Source of the DNA: Endomicrobiales bacterium
Lineage (GTDB): Bacteria; Elusimicrobiota; Endomicrobiia; Endomicrobiales; JALOBY01
DNA length: 64,000 nucleotides
Assembly: GCA_963796955.1 (NCBI GenBank)
Contig: CAWCNJ010000006.1
Coordinates: 32,001-96,000 of the forward strand
Reading direction: 5' to 3'
Shown: positions 47,384-57,748 of the stretch, one piece after another
How the letters are laid out: each line of letters opens with the position of its first letter
How positions within the stretch are numbered: position 1 is the stretch's first letter
The notes under the pieces: model-generated
The model's input: only the letters and a program-made list of their open reading frames with translations
The model's database searches: none
Told to the model about the DNA's origin: nothing
Translations under genes and position numbers: made by a program

Positions 47384-48917
47384 ATGTGTGGCGGTCTTTC
47401 TTAAATACCCCCAAAGGGGAAAAGTTAAGACGAGGCTCGCAAAAGGAATAGGCAGCACCAGTGCGACCTCTCTTTACGCTGCCATGGTGGAAAAGATAGT
47501 CCATGAGGCGAAAAACTCGGGGCGTGTTGTTGCCGTATTCTGTTCGCCGGCGAATGCGTTGCCTGCGATACGACAATGGCTGGGCACAGGCTGTCTGTAT
47601 TTCACTCAAAAAGGGCGCGGCCTTGGCGCCCGCATGAGGAACGCGTTTACCGAGCTCTTTGAAGCCGGGTACGAAAATGTCGTGCTGAGCGGCAGCGATA
47701 TACCGGCGTTGGATAAAACTATTTTTGTGAAAGCCTTTAAGGCGTTACAGGGCACCGGCGCGGCGCTTGGACCGAGCGTTGACGGCGGTTATTATCTGAT
47801 CGGATCAGCTAAAAGGTCGTTTAACGGTGATATCTTTAAGGGTATACCCTGGAGCGGTCCTGACGTGTTTTTCCAAACGGTCGCCGCCGCGCGGAAGAAT
47901 AATATAATCTTTACGCTGCTGCCCCGGCTGCGCGATATAGACGATGCCGACGGGCTGGAGGCCGGTATGATCGAGAGTTTTCAACAGCGTCTGAAAAAGG
48001 CCGGCCATTTTCCGCTTAAAGCGGATTCCGTCGGTGTGCTGCAGCTGAACGTCGGCAGGAAATGCAACCTATCCTGCGCTCATTGCCACGTAGAGGCGGG
48101 CCCGCACAGAACGGAAGTTATGGGCAGGGAAACCTTTGCCGACTGCCTGAATGTGATAAAGAACGCGCCGGGTATCCACACCGTTGATATAACGGGCGGA
48201 GCCCCGGAGCTGAACCCGTCCCTGGAATGGTTCCTGGGTGAAGTTTCAAAGCTTTCCCGGCGGCTTATCGTCCGCACGAATCTGGCCATACTGACAGAAA
48301 AGCCGTACAAAAAATTTATCGGTATCTATGCAGCCAACAAGATCGAGGTTTGCGGTTCGCTTCCCTGCTATCTTTCAGAAAATGCAGACAGTCAGCGGGG
48401 CAAGGGGAATTTCGCCAAATGCGTTGAGGCGCTGCAGGCGTTGAACACCCTCGGTTACGGCAAAGAAGGTTCCGGTCTTATACTGGATCTGGTACACAAC
48501 CCTGTGGAGGCTGCCCTGCCAGGCCCGCAAAAAGATTTGGAAGAGGCCTACAAAAAACATTTGAAGGCCGGTTACAACATAGAGTTCAATACCCTGTTCT
48601 GCCTGACCAATATTCCTGTTGGACGGTATCGTAAGACGCTTAGAGAGGAAGGACGGCTTGAAACGTATATGCAGGCATTGGCGAACGCCTACAACCCTGC
48701 CACGATACAGAGCGTTATGTGCAGGAACACGGTTTCCGTGGGCTGGGACGGCCGGCTCTATGACTGTGATTTTAACCAGATGCTGGAAATGCCGGCGGGA
48801 ACTTCCATAAAAGATTTTGACGGTACCAGGCTGAAGGATCGTACCATTCAGACCGGCAGCCACTGCTACGGTTGTACCGCAGGAAGCGGTTCTTCCTGCC
48901 AGGGGACGGTTATTTGA
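47370..48917 (+). CDS. arsS: Fusion of DUF2064/TIGR04282-like glycosyltransferase and ArsS-like radical SAM protein
   Basis: N-half GKVKTRLA, GSDIP, LGPSVDGGYYLIG, LRDIDD; C-half CNLSCAHC, DITGGAPE, MCRNTVSVGWDGRLYDCDFNQ and HCYGCTAGSGSSC. Confidence 0.82.
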   Translation: MANNECVAVFLKYPQRGKVKTRLAKGIGSTSATSLYAAMVEKIVHEAKNSGRVVAVFCSPANALPAIRQWLGTGCLYFTQKGRGLGARMRNAFTELFEAGYENVVLSGSDIPALDKTIFVKAFKALQGTGAALGPSVDGGYYLIGSAKRSFNGDIFKGIPWSGPDVFFQTVAAARKNNIIFTLLPRLRDIDDADGLEAGMIESFQQRLKKAGHFPLKADSVGVLQLNVGRKCNLSCAHCHVEAGPHRTEVMGRETFADCLNVIKNAPGIHTVDITGGAPELNPSLEWFLGEVSKLSRRLIVRTNLAILTEKPYKKFIGIYAANKIEVCGSLPCYLSENADSQRGKGNFAKCVEALQALNTLGYGKEGSGLILDLVHNPVEAALPGPQKDLEEAYKKHLKAGYNIEFNTLFCLTNIPVGRYRKTLREEGRLETYMQALANAYNPATIQSVMCRNTVSVGWDGRLYDCDFNQMLEMPAGTSIKDFDGTRLKDRTIQTGSHCYGCTAGSGSSCQGTVI

Positions 48918-49567
48918 AAAAGCTGACGAAAGTAGTTTTATTCATTGTAGTGATCGCCGTTCTTGCCCTGGCCGCCCATCAGCTGGGACTCGGCGAGCGC
49001 CTTGCCCAGTTACGGGAATGGATCATCTCGCTTGGGTATTGGGGTCCGCTGGTTTTTATGATTGTTTACGCGTTTGCGGTAACTCTGCTGGTGCCGGCGT
49101 CGGCGTTGACCATTACCGCAGGGGCGATCTTCGGCTCGGGGTGGGGCGTCGTGGTGGTAAGTATTGCCTCGAGCGCCGGCGCGGCGCTGTCTTTTGTTAT
49201 AGCGCGTTATTTCGCGCGCGATCTGGTTGAGGCTTGGGCCCGCAGGAACCGGAGCTTTGCGAAACTGTACGAACTTACCGGCAGCAAGGGCGGTGTGATA
49301 GTGGCGCTGACCAGGCTGGTGCCTTTGTTCCCCTACACGCTGTTGAATTATGGTTTCGGTTTAACAAAAGTTGGCTTTAAGACATATTTATTCTGGTCGT
49401 GGTTGTGCATGCTGCCGGGCACGGTCCTCTATGTCGTCGGCGGCGATGTGGTCGTAAAAACCATCATGCGCGGCAAATTGCCCTGGGTCCTTATCGGTGT
49501 GCTGGCGGCCGTTATTGTCCTGCTTGGCGTGCTGGTGAGTTTCGCTCAAAGAAGGTTAAAAGAATGA
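48914..49567 (+). CDS. TVP38/TMEM64 (DedA/VTT) membrane protein
   Basis: LTITAGAIFG, RYFAR and RLVPLFPYTLLNYGFG motifs. Confidence 0.88.
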   Translation: MKKLTKVVLFIVVIAVLALAAHQLGLGERLAQLREWIISLGYWGPLVFMIVYAFAVTLLVPASALTITAGAIFGSGWGVVVVSIASSAGAALSFVIARYFARDLVEAWARRNRSFAKLYELTGSKGGVIVALTRLVPLFPYTLLNYGFGLTKVGFKTYLFWSWLCMLPGTVLYVVGGDVVVKTIMRGKLPWVLIGVLAAVIVLLGVLVSFAQRRLKE

Positions 49568-50994
49568 AATACGAATATCATGCCATCATTATCGGCGGCG
49601 GCAGCGCGGGCCTTACCGTCGCCTCTGGTTGCGCGGCGCTGGGCGCCGGGGTTGCGCTCATAGAAAAAGGAAAAATGGGCGGCGACTGCCTTAACAACGG
49701 CTGTGTGCCCAGTAAGGCGTTCTTAAGGTCGGCGCATCTGCTTAACGAAATACGGTCCTCGGACCGTCTGAATATCACGGCGAAATATGAAGCGGTCGAT
49801 ATTAAGCGTATCATGGAACGGGTGCGCAACATCATTGGGGCTATCGCTCCGCATGATTCAAAAGAGCGTTTTGAAAAACTGGGCGTCAGCGTTATACGGG
49901 GGGAGGCTGTGCTGCTGGACAACCATCGCGTGAAAGCGAACGGCGTAACCCTGACCGGTAAGCATATCGTTATCGCCGCCGGCTCAAAGCCTGCGCTGCC
50001 GCCGATCCCCGGGTTAAAAGACGTGCCGTATTTTACCAACGAAAGCATTTTTAATATCGATGCGCTGCCGAAACATCTGCTGGTGCTCGGCGCGGGCCCC
50101 ATCGGCCTGGAGCTCGGCCAGGCCTTCAAGTATCTGGGGAGCGAGGTTTCCATAATAGATCTGCTTCCCTGTCTGTTGCCAAATGATGATGCGGAGGCCG
50201 GCCGCCTTTTGGGACAAAAGCTTGCCGGGGAAGGCGTCAATTTCCATCTCGGTTCAAAGATCATCGGGACAAAGCCGGTGCCCGGCGGCGTTGCCGTGAC
50301 CGTTGAAAAGAACGGCGTGCTGCAGGAGCTGGCGGGCGATATGCTGCTGGTAGCGCTCGGCCGTGCGCCGGCGGTAAAGGGCCTGGGACTTGAAAATGCC
50401 GGTGTGAAGCTCGATGAGCGCGGCTATATCGTCACGGATGACCGGTTCCTGACGAGCGCCGGGAATATTTATGCCTGCGGCGACTGCGCCGTGGTAGGCG
50501 GCCATGGCCCCTATCAATTCACGCATACCGCCGGTTATCAGGGAGCCATCGTGGCGCGCAACCTGATAGTACCTTTTAAGGGATCCATGGACCACGCCAT
50601 TGTTCCCTGGGTCACGTATACCACACCTGAGGTGGCCCATGTCGGCCTCACGGAACACGTCGCGGCGGACCGCGGTCTGTTCGGCCATTCTATCGTCGTA
50701 GATCTTGATAATGCCGACCGTTCTAAAACCGACGGCGAAGAAGGCGGTTTTCTGAAGCTGGTCGTAGGAAGCAACGGCCGTGTTGTCGGTGTTACTATCG
50801 TTGCTGAGAAAGCGGGAGAGATGATAGGGGCCGGCATACTGGCTGTAAAAAATAAACTCAAACCTTCGGTGTTCGCCTCCCTGATGTTCCCCTATCCGAC
50901 CCAGTCGGAACTCTACAAGACGGCCGCCTACCTTTCGTTGAAGGATTCTTTCAAGCCCTGGATGAAAAACCTGGTTAAAAAATTCTTGATCTGA
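49564..50994 (+). CDS. Class I pyridine nucleotide-disulfide oxidoreductase (MerA/Lpd-like, no C-terminal Cys pair)
   Basis: GGGSAG, GGDCLNNGCVPSK, GAGPIG, FTH and YPTQSE motifs. Confidence 0.88.
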   Translation: MKYEYHAIIIGGGSAGLTVASGCAALGAGVALIEKGKMGGDCLNNGCVPSKAFLRSAHLLNEIRSSDRLNITAKYEAVDIKRIMERVRNIIGAIAPHDSKERFEKLGVSVIRGEAVLLDNHRVKANGVTLTGKHIVIAAGSKPALPPIPGLKDVPYFTNESIFNIDALPKHLLVLGAGPIGLELGQAFKYLGSEVSIIDLLPCLLPNDDAEAGRLLGQKLAGEGVNFHLGSKIIGTKPVPGGVAVTVEKNGVLQELAGDMLLVALGRAPAVKGLGLENAGVKLDERGYIVTDDRFLTSAGNIYACGDCAVVGGHGPYQFTHTAGYQGAIVARNLIVPFKGSMDHAIVPWVTYTTPEVAHVGLTEHVAADRGLFGHSIVVDLDNADRSKTDGEEGGFLKLVVGSNGRVVGVTIVAEKAGEMIGAGILAVKNKLKPSVFASLMFPYPTQSELYKTAAYLSLKDSFKPWMKNLVKKFLI

Positions 50995-51122
50995 CGATAC
51001 CCCGGGAAACTGATCAGTGTCCGGTAGCGCCCGGCTATGGTCTGAGATTTTTATGTTTGCGATAATATCAGCTGATACTATTTCAAACTAAATTCTCTAG
51101 TTTTCGATCCCCGGGGGACACT

Positions 51123-51314
51123 ATGGATAACTACAGGTGTAAGGTGTGCGGCTATGTTTACGAGCCGGCCGAAGGCGACGCCAGCCAGCATGTAACGCCC
51201 AATACGCCTTTTGAAAGCCTGCCGGATGACTGGCTTTGCCCGGAATGCGGCGCCGACCAGGCGGAGTTCGAGATGGTGGACGAGTGCGACAGGCCTGTTC
51301 AGGATGTTATATGA
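51123..51314 (+). CDS. Rubredoxin
   Basis: CKVCGYVY ... LPDDWLCPECG. Confidence 0.93.
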   Translation: MDNYRCKVCGYVYEPAEGDASQHVTPNTPFESLPDDWLCPECGADQAEFEMVDECDRPVQDVI

Positions 51315-51934
51315 AGAGCGGCAAAAAGGCGGTTTTCTTTCCGGGTCTGGCTGCCGTTTTGCTTATAGCAGGCTGTGCCACCACGCTGATAACCTCCAGC
51401 TGGCGGGACAGGAACTATACCGCCTACCCGAACAAGATACTGGTTATCGCCATCGCAAAAAGCCCCTCTGAAAAAAGATCCTTTGAAGATGACTTTGTCG
51501 GCCTGCTGAAAGCCCGGGGAAATGACGCGATAGCCGGCTACGCCGTTATCCCGGATGAAGTGCAGGAAGACACCGCGGCGATATCTGCGGCGATGTATAA
51601 AACCGGTTCCGATACGCTGCTGGTAACAAGGCTTGCCTCGAAAGACTCGATCTGCACCTACGGCAATGACCCTTCCGTCCCCAATATGTACCCAAGCTAC
51701 TACAACACCTGGCGGGATTACTGCGGGAACGTATATTCGAACCGGAACGCGCCCTATTACGTGTATGAAGATGTTTACGCGGCGATAGAAACGAACATGT
51801 ACTCCGGACAGAAAGACGATCTGGTCTGGTCGGCCTCCTCGACCAGCGAGATCTACGGCAGTGACCAGCGGTATATCAGGTCGTATACGGACGTTATGGT
51901 AAAAACTATGGCACGGCGTCATTTGATCAAATAA
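51311..51934 (+). CDS. Putative lipoprotein
   Basis: Lipobox IAGC; ATGA overlap with the rubredoxin stop. Confidence 0.7.
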   Translation: MKSGKKAVFFPGLAAVLLIAGCATTLITSSWRDRNYTAYPNKILVIAIAKSPSEKRSFEDDFVGLLKARGNDAIAGYAVIPDEVQEDTAAISAAMYKTGSDTLLVTRLASKDSICTYGNDPSVPNMYPSYYNTWRDYCGNVYSNRNAPYYVYEDVYAAIETNMYSGQKDDLVWSASSTSEIYGSDQRYIRSYTDVMVKTMARRHLIK

Positions 51935-52166
51935 CGGGGGCTTTATGGCATATCTGAAAAAATTAAGTGACTTTTGTTTTGAATATTTTCTGGGAAAATT
52001 GTTTTTCGGCGGATCGTTCTACCTGTATAAAAGCCGGCATAACAGTATTCGCAAATAAAAAATATGATATAATTGAAACTTGGCAGGAGTTCTATATTTA
52101 AAATCACTTGAATGATGGGTGATTTTTTTTGCTTTAAAAATCCGTGCCGCCGGGGAACGTATAATC

Positions 52167-52682
52167 ATGCTGAAATTATTTTATAAAATATTAAAAACGC
52201 CGCAGCAGGTGATAGATGTTCCAGGCGGATGCAGCCAGGCCGATATCATGGCCGTCGGCGAAAAGATACAGTATAACGTTAAGCGCCTGTTCCGGGGCTC
52301 TCTGGCTATCCGGCATATTGACGCCGGCTCCGACAATGCCTGCGAACAGGAACTTACCGCGCTCTCCAACAGTTTCTACGATATCGAACGTTTCGGTATT
52401 AATTTTGTCGCTTCCCCCAGACACGCCGATATGCTTTTGGTCTCCGGTCCCGTTACACGCAACATGGCGGAGGCCCTCAAAAAGTCGTATGAGGCGATGC
52501 CTGCGCCGAAGCTGGTCATCGCCGTGGGTGACGATGCTATAGACGGGGGAATATATACAGGCAACTACGCCGTATTGGATGGTGTTGCTTCCGTGCTGCC
52601 CGTGAATTATGTTATCCCGGGAGATCCGCCTTCCCCAAAAACGATCCTGTGCTATTTACTCAACATATTGGAAAAGGTATGA
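52167..52682 (+). CDS. NuoB/HyfI-like (Ehr small) subunit with Cys->Asp substitutions
   Basis: SLAIRHIDAGSDNACEQE, YDIERFG, SPRHADMLLVSGPVT, VGDDA and PGDPP. Confidence 0.85.
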   Translation: MLKLFYKILKTPQQVIDVPGGCSQADIMAVGEKIQYNVKRLFRGSLAIRHIDAGSDNACEQELTALSNSFYDIERFGINFVASPRHADMLLVSGPVTRNMAEALKKSYEAMPAPKLVIAVGDDAIDGGIYTGNYAVLDGVASVLPVNYVIPGDPPSPKTILCYLLNILEKV

Positions 52683-54724
52683 GCGTTATTCTTTCTCAAA
52701 CCGGTTTTTTTGCGTTGTTCGCCTTGTTCGCCGTCGCCGGCGCCGGTTCCCTGCTGCTGGGCAAATATGACGAGCTGGCAAATAAATGGAACAGTATATT
52801 CTCAGCGCTCGGCTCGTTGTATGGTGTGGTTTTCGCTCTGTGCGCGATATTGTCTGGGCACACACTGGCTTTTTCATACAGCTCCGATCTCTTCCCGCTT
52901 CTCTTTCTTTCTTTCCGTATAGACATGCTTTCGGCCTATTTTATCTTTATCATTTCATCGATCGCCCTCTGGTGTTCGCTGTACGGTCTGGGCTACCTGC
53001 GGCATTACTACAAGAAATATAACCTCGGTGTGCTGGGTTTCTTTTATAATCTGCTGGTCGGCAGCCTCATGCTGGTCGTAACCGCGTCGAACGGCATATT
53101 CTTTTTGCTGGCCTGGGAACTTATGGCTATCGCGTCATATTTTCTTATCGTGTACGAACGTGATGAACCGGCGAATATCAAGGCCGGCTTCCTGTATTTT
53201 GTCATGACTTACGGGGCGACCGCCTTCATTATCGCCGCATTCCTGTTGTGCTACAAATACACCGGGTCGTTTGATTTTACTGCCATACACAACGGGATCG
53301 GCACCATGCCCGCGGCGGTTAAGGATCTGGTTTTCTTTCTGGCGGTGATCGGTTTCGGTACCAAGGCCGGCATCATTCCTTTTCACATCTGGCTTCCCGC
53401 GGCACACTCGGCGGCTCCTTCAAATGTCTCCGCCTTCCTTTCCGGTGTCATGATAAAAACAGGCATATACATGATGATCAGGATGTTTTTAGAGCTGCTG
53501 CAGCCGGCGCCCCTCTGGTGGGGCCAGGTGATCCTGGTTATCGGCTCAGTATCGGCGCTGCTGGGCGTTCTGTACGCTCTGACCGAACACGATATCAAAA
53601 GGCTGCTCGCGTATCACAGCATAGAAAATATCGGTATCATCCTGCTGGGTCTTGGCAGCGCGATGGTTTTTTCCTCTCTGGGGATGGCGCCTCTGGCGCT
53701 GCTCAGCCTTACCGCCGCCCTATTTCATACGCTCAACCACGCCACGTTCAAGTCGCTGCTTTTCCTGAGCGCCGGCTCGGTCATCAACCAGATGCACACC
53801 CGCAACATGGAAGAATACGGCGGCCTTATCAAGTACATGCCGCAGACGGCTTTTTTCTTTCTGATCGGTTCCATGGCGATATCGGCGCTGCCGCCCTTTA
53901 ACGGTTTTTTCAGCGAATGGCTTACCTACCAATCCCTTTTCCAGGGGATAAGTACGCTGGACCCGTCCACCAAGTGGATCTTTATTTTCGCGGCCGGCGC
54001 CCTTGCTTTTACGGGCGGTCTTGCCATCGCCTGTTTCGTAAAAGTCTTCGGTGTAACTTTTCTTGCACGCCCCAGAAGCCCGCGCGTGGCCGAAGCCGGG
54101 GAATCTTCTCCGGCGCTTCTTATCAGCATGGGGGCGCTTGCGTTGCTGTCCTTGTTGTTCGGGGTTTTTTCAGGGCCGTTGTCCGCCCTGCTGCAAACAG
54201 TATCGCATAGTATGGGCATGTACAAGACACAACCGCCGACCGTGGTTTCCTCGGGGTTGAGCCTTACCACGAACAACGGTTTTTCTTCTGTTTCCGGCCC
54301 GGCGTTTTTCCTTTTCTTCGCCGCGGTGCTCATAGCTGCGGCCTTTGTGGTACGGCGTTTTGTTTATAAAACCCAGAACGTCCGGGAAGGCGAGACCTGG
54401 AACTGCGGCACCCCGCTGACCCCCCGCATGGAGATAACGGCCGCGGGATTCAGCCGTTCCATCATCATGATCTACCGAGGCGTTCTAAAACCCAGCATAC
54501 AGCACGAGATAGAATACCACGACTCCGAAAGCCGCTACCTGCCGAAATCCCGGACGGTCATTATCGGCGTAAAAGATGTGCACAATTCGTATATCTACCG
54601 GCCGCTGAACCGGGTCTTTAACGCGTTGTCCCAGCGGGCCAAGAAAATTCAGACCGGTAATATCAATGTCTACATTTTGTATATATTCATAACGCTGGTC
54701 ATAGCGTTGTACTGGGTGCTCTAG
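52679..54724 (+). CDS. hyfB: HyfB/NuoL-like antiporter-type membrane subunit
   Basis: WELM, GFGTKAGIIPFHIWLPAAH, LLAYHSIENIG and ALPPFNGFFSEW motifs. Confidence 0.88.
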   Translation: MSVILSQTGFFALFALFAVAGAGSLLLGKYDELANKWNSIFSALGSLYGVVFALCAILSGHTLAFSYSSDLFPLLFLSFRIDMLSAYFIFIISSIALWCSLYGLGYLRHYYKKYNLGVLGFFYNLLVGSLMLVVTASNGIFFLLAWELMAIASYFLIVYERDEPANIKAGFLYFVMTYGATAFIIAAFLLCYKYTGSFDFTAIHNGIGTMPAAVKDLVFFLAVIGFGTKAGIIPFHIWLPAAHSAAPSNVSAFLSGVMIKTGIYMMIRMFLELLQPAPLWWGQVILVIGSVSALLGVLYALTEHDIKRLLAYHSIENIGIILLGLGSAMVFSSLGMAPLALLSLTAALFHTLNHATFKSLLFLSAGSVINQMHTRNMEEYGGLIKYMPQTAFFFLIGSMAISALPPFNGFFSEWLTYQSLFQGISTLDPSTKWIFIFAAGALAFTGGLAIACFVKVFGVTFLARPRSPRVAEAGESSPALLISMGALALLSLLFGVFSGPLSALLQTVSHSMGMYKTQPPTVVSSGLSLTTNNGFSSVSGPAFFLFFAAVLIAAAFVVRRFVYKTQNVREGETWNCGTPLTPRMEITAAGFSRSIIMIYRGVLKPSIQHEIEYHDSESRYLPKSRTVIIGVKDVHNSYIYRPLNRVFNALSQRAKKIQTGNINVYILYIFITLVIALYWVL

Positions 54725-54725
54725 C

Positions 54726-55652
54726 ATGAGATCTTTATGCTGGCTGCTTCAACTATTATTCATACCGCTGCTCTCGCCGCTCTGTATCGGCGTGATAAAA
54801 AAAGTGAAGGCCCGGCTACAGAACCGCAGGGGCGCGGGTGTTCTGCAGCCGTATAAAGATCTCTGGAAGCTTTTCCATAAGGACGAAGTTATCAGCCGGG
54901 ACGCCTCCTGGATCTTCCGCTGGGCGCCTTACATTGTTTTTACCGTGACCATCGTTGTGGGCGCCAGTATTCCGCTGTTCGCTTCTTTTGTGAGAAATGC
55001 CTATACCGGCGACATTTTGCTGATCGTATACACCCTGGCTCTGGGCGCCTTCTTTCTGGCGCTGGGAGGCCTTGACGCCGGCAGCACCTTCGGCGGCTTC
55101 AGCGCAAGCCGCGAAATGACGATCACGGCGCTGGCGGAGGGCGGCTTTATATTCTCTCTGCTGACCCTTGCGATCATAACCGGCACCACTAATGTTTTCG
55201 CGATAGCCGATAAAGGCGCCTTGCTGCAGGGCCAGTCGTTCTTAGCGGCGCTGCTGGCGTTCAGCGGATTTTTTATCATATTGCTCGCCGAGAGCGCGCG
55301 CTTTCCCTTTGACAACCCGGCCACGCACCTGGAGCTTACCATGATCCATGAGGCCATGCTGCTGGAATATTCCGGCAAACGCCTGGCGCTGATGGAATGG
55401 GCGGCGGCCAACAAACTATTGATCTTTATCGCGCTCGGCGCGAACCTGTTTTTTCATTCCGCGCTTGCGCAAAGCGCCGCACTGCTGCCGGTAGTCTTAA
55501 GCCTGCTGTTGTTCGGCGCAAAGGCTGCGGTCTTCTGTCTCATGATAGCGTTCCTGGAATCAGGCATGGCAAAATATCGTTTTTTCAGGCTGCCGGACCT
55601 GTTAATGGTGGCATTCATACTGAACGCGATAGCCATAGGATTGGGTAAATAA
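54726..55652 (+). CDS. hyfC: HyfC/NuoH-like membrane subunit
   Basis: KARLQNRRG, QPYKDLWKL and ESARFPFDNPATHLELTMIHEAM motifs. Confidence 0.9.
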   Translation: MRSLCWLLQLLFIPLLSPLCIGVIKKVKARLQNRRGAGVLQPYKDLWKLFHKDEVISRDASWIFRWAPYIVFTVTIVVGASIPLFASFVRNAYTGDILLIVYTLALGAFFLALGGLDAGSTFGGFSASREMTITALAEGGFIFSLLTLAIITGTTNVFAIADKGALLQGQSFLAALLAFSGFFIILLAESARFPFDNPATHLELTMIHEAMLLEYSGKRLALMEWAAANKLLIFIALGANLFFHSALAQSAALLPVVLSLLLFGAKAAVFCLMIAFLESGMAKYRFFRLPDLLMVAFILNAIAIGLGK

Positions 55653-55653
55653 T

Positions 55654-56301
55654 ATGTCAATGTTATCACTGGAAATGTTATCGGGGATCGTTTTCCTGAG
55701 TATCGTATTCCTGCATATCACAAAAAAGAATTACGAGGCCGTGCTCGCCTACAACATCCAGTCCCTGGCGGTCGTAATTATCCTTTTCAACTCGTACTTT
55801 GAGACGGGTAATATATTCCTGCTGCTGATAGCCCTGTTGGTGCTCAGCCTTAAAGTTATACTGGCCCATATTTTCTTCGTGAGATTGATAAACAAATATG
55901 AGCTTACATTTTCCGTGACAACGTATCTGGAAACACCCGTAGCCCTGATATTTATCGCCGTTGTGACCGGTATTGCGCATTCCACCAAATTCATGCCGCT
56001 GACCAGGATGATACCCGCCAATCAGGTGCCGCTCTCCCTGGCTCTTTCAGCGATCTTTACCGCTCTTTTACTGATAGTTAACCGCAAGGGCGCACTCTCG
56101 CAGATCATCAGCATACTCTCTCTGGAAAACAGCATTGTGGTGTTCTCCATGTTCGCCGGTCTTGAGCAATCGCCGGTTTTTCAAGTCGGCATGATATTCA
56201 ATATTTTCGTATGGCTTATGATAACGACGGTTTTTATCTCCATGATCTATAAACATTACGGCACGCTTGATATAACATCCATGAAGCACCTGAGGGAATA
56301 A
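55654..56301 (+). CDS. hyfE: HyfE-like membrane subunit
   Basis: Multi-TM protein with LENS motif, located between hyfC and hyfF. Confidence 0.75.
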   Translation: MSMLSLEMLSGIVFLSIVFLHITKKNYEAVLAYNIQSLAVVIILFNSYFETGNIFLLLIALLVLSLKVILAHIFFVRLINKYELTFSVTTYLETPVALIFIAVVTGIAHSTKFMPLTRMIPANQVPLSLALSAIFTALLLIVNRKGALSQIISILSLENSIVVFSMFAGLEQSPVFQVGMIFNIFVWLMITTVFISMIYKHYGTLDITSMKHLRE

Positions 56302-56305
56302 AGGT

Positions 56306-57748
56306 ATGTTACTCAGTATAATTTTCCTGTCATTTTTAACCGCCGCGGCTGCCGGTCTTATGGCCAAAAGCAGGTCGCGCCTGGAATACGGTTCGCTTGC
56401 CGCTATAATTATTTCACTGGCCGCTTCATTCGCAATAGCGTTCAGGGTCGCATCCGCAGGCCACTATTCGCCGTTCTCTCTCTTCCATGTGGATGCCTTC
56501 GGCGCCGTATTGCTGCTGGTAATTTCCGTCGTAGGGTGCTCAACGGTTGTCTATTCCATACCGTACCTGCGTAAAGAAACTGAAAAAGAGATCATCGGTT
56601 TCAGCCGGGTAAAACAGTATTACGTGTTATTGAATTTATTTTTTATCGCCTTGTATCTGGCGGTTTCGGCCAGCAGCCCCATAGTTGCTTTTATAGCGAT
56701 AGAGGCGACAACGCTTTCAACGGCGCTGCTGGTAAGTTTCTATAACAAGCCGTCCACCGTCGAGGCTGCCTGGAAGTATGTGATAATCAATTCCGTAGGA
56801 TTGTTGCTGGGATTCTTCGGCACCCTGCTGTATTTCTCTCCTTTCAGGCTTGCGGCGATGAACGGCGCCATCAGCTGGCAATTCCTTGCTGAAAACGCGA
56901 CGCGCATGGATCCGCTGACCGCCAAGATCGCCTTCGTCTTTGTGATCATCGGCTACGGCACCAAGGCCGGTTTCGCCCCCATGCACACCTGGAAGCCCGA
57001 TGCCTATAGCAAGGCGCCCTCCGCCCTTGGCGCCATGCTTTCCGGCGCGGTGCTTCCGGTTTCCTTTCTGCTGCTGCTGAAATTCAAACGGATAACGGAT
57101 ATCGCTATCGGCATAACGTTCAGCCAGCATTTAATGATCGCGTTCGGGCTGCTGTCCATAATCGTTGCCGCGGTGATCATGTTCAGCTCAAATAATTATA
57201 AACGGCTTCTGGCCTATTCCAGCATAGAGAACGCAGGCGTCATGGCGCTCGGTTTTTCGTTCGGCGGCCTGGGAGTCTTTGCGGCCATCCTGCATTTGAT
57301 ATACCATTCACTGGTAAAAGTGGTAACGTTCTTCGCTGCCGGGAACTTGCTGCTGAAATACAGCTCGTCTAAAATTAATAACGTTAAGGGCGCCTTGAAA
57401 GTATTGCCGGTAACCAGCGTGCTGTTTATCGCGGGATTTTTGGTGGTTACGGGTCTTCCGCCGTTCGGCATATTCCTTACGAAAATGCTGATCCTCAGCG
57501 CGGGCATTAAGATCTACCCCGTTGCGGCTATAACCGCTCTCATTTTCATGACGCTTGTTTTTATCGGGTTCCTTAAACACGTTTCGGCCATGTTCTTCGG
57601 CGCGCCGCCCGCCGGTATAGAGGCCGGCGAAGGTTCGGTCTGGCTGGTAGTGCCTTCCTGCGTGTGCCTGGCTTTGATTCTGTTGTTAAGTTTTTATATG
57701 CCGCCGTTCCTGTATAAACTAATACGCGAGAGCGCCTTAAGGTATTGA
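56306..57748 (+). CDS. hyfF: HyfF-like antiporter-type membrane subunit
   Basis: EATTL, EAAWKY, GYGTKAGFAPMHTWKPDA and KRLLAYSSIE motifs. Confidence 0.9.
   Translation: MLLSIIFLSFLTAAAAGLMAKSRSRLEYGSLAAIIISLAASFAIAFRVASAGHYSPFSLFHVDAFGAVLLLVISVVGCSTVVYSIPYLRKETEKEIIGFSRVKQYYVLLNLFFIALYLAVSASSPIVAFIAIEATTLSTALLVSFYNKPSTVEAAWKYVIINSVGLLLGFFGTLLYFSPFRLAAMNGAISWQFLAENATRMDPLTAKIAFVFVIIGYGTKAGFAPMHTWKPDAYSKAPSALGAMLSGAVLPVSFLLLLKFKRITDIAIGITFSQHLMIAFGLLSIIVAAVIMFSSNNYKRLLAYSSIENAGVMALGFSFGGLGVFAAILHLIYHSLVKVVTFFAAGNLLLKYSSSKINNVKGALKVLPVTSVLFIAGFLVVTGLPPFGIFLTKMLILSAGIKIYPVAAITALIFMTLVFIGFLKHVSAMFFGAPPAGIEAGEGSVWLVVPSCVCLALILLLSFYMPPFLYKLIRESALRY

Noticed and set aside
49564..50994. True mercuric reductase MerA
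   Set aside because: No C-terminal Cys-Cys pair, no NmerA domain and no mer operon genes.
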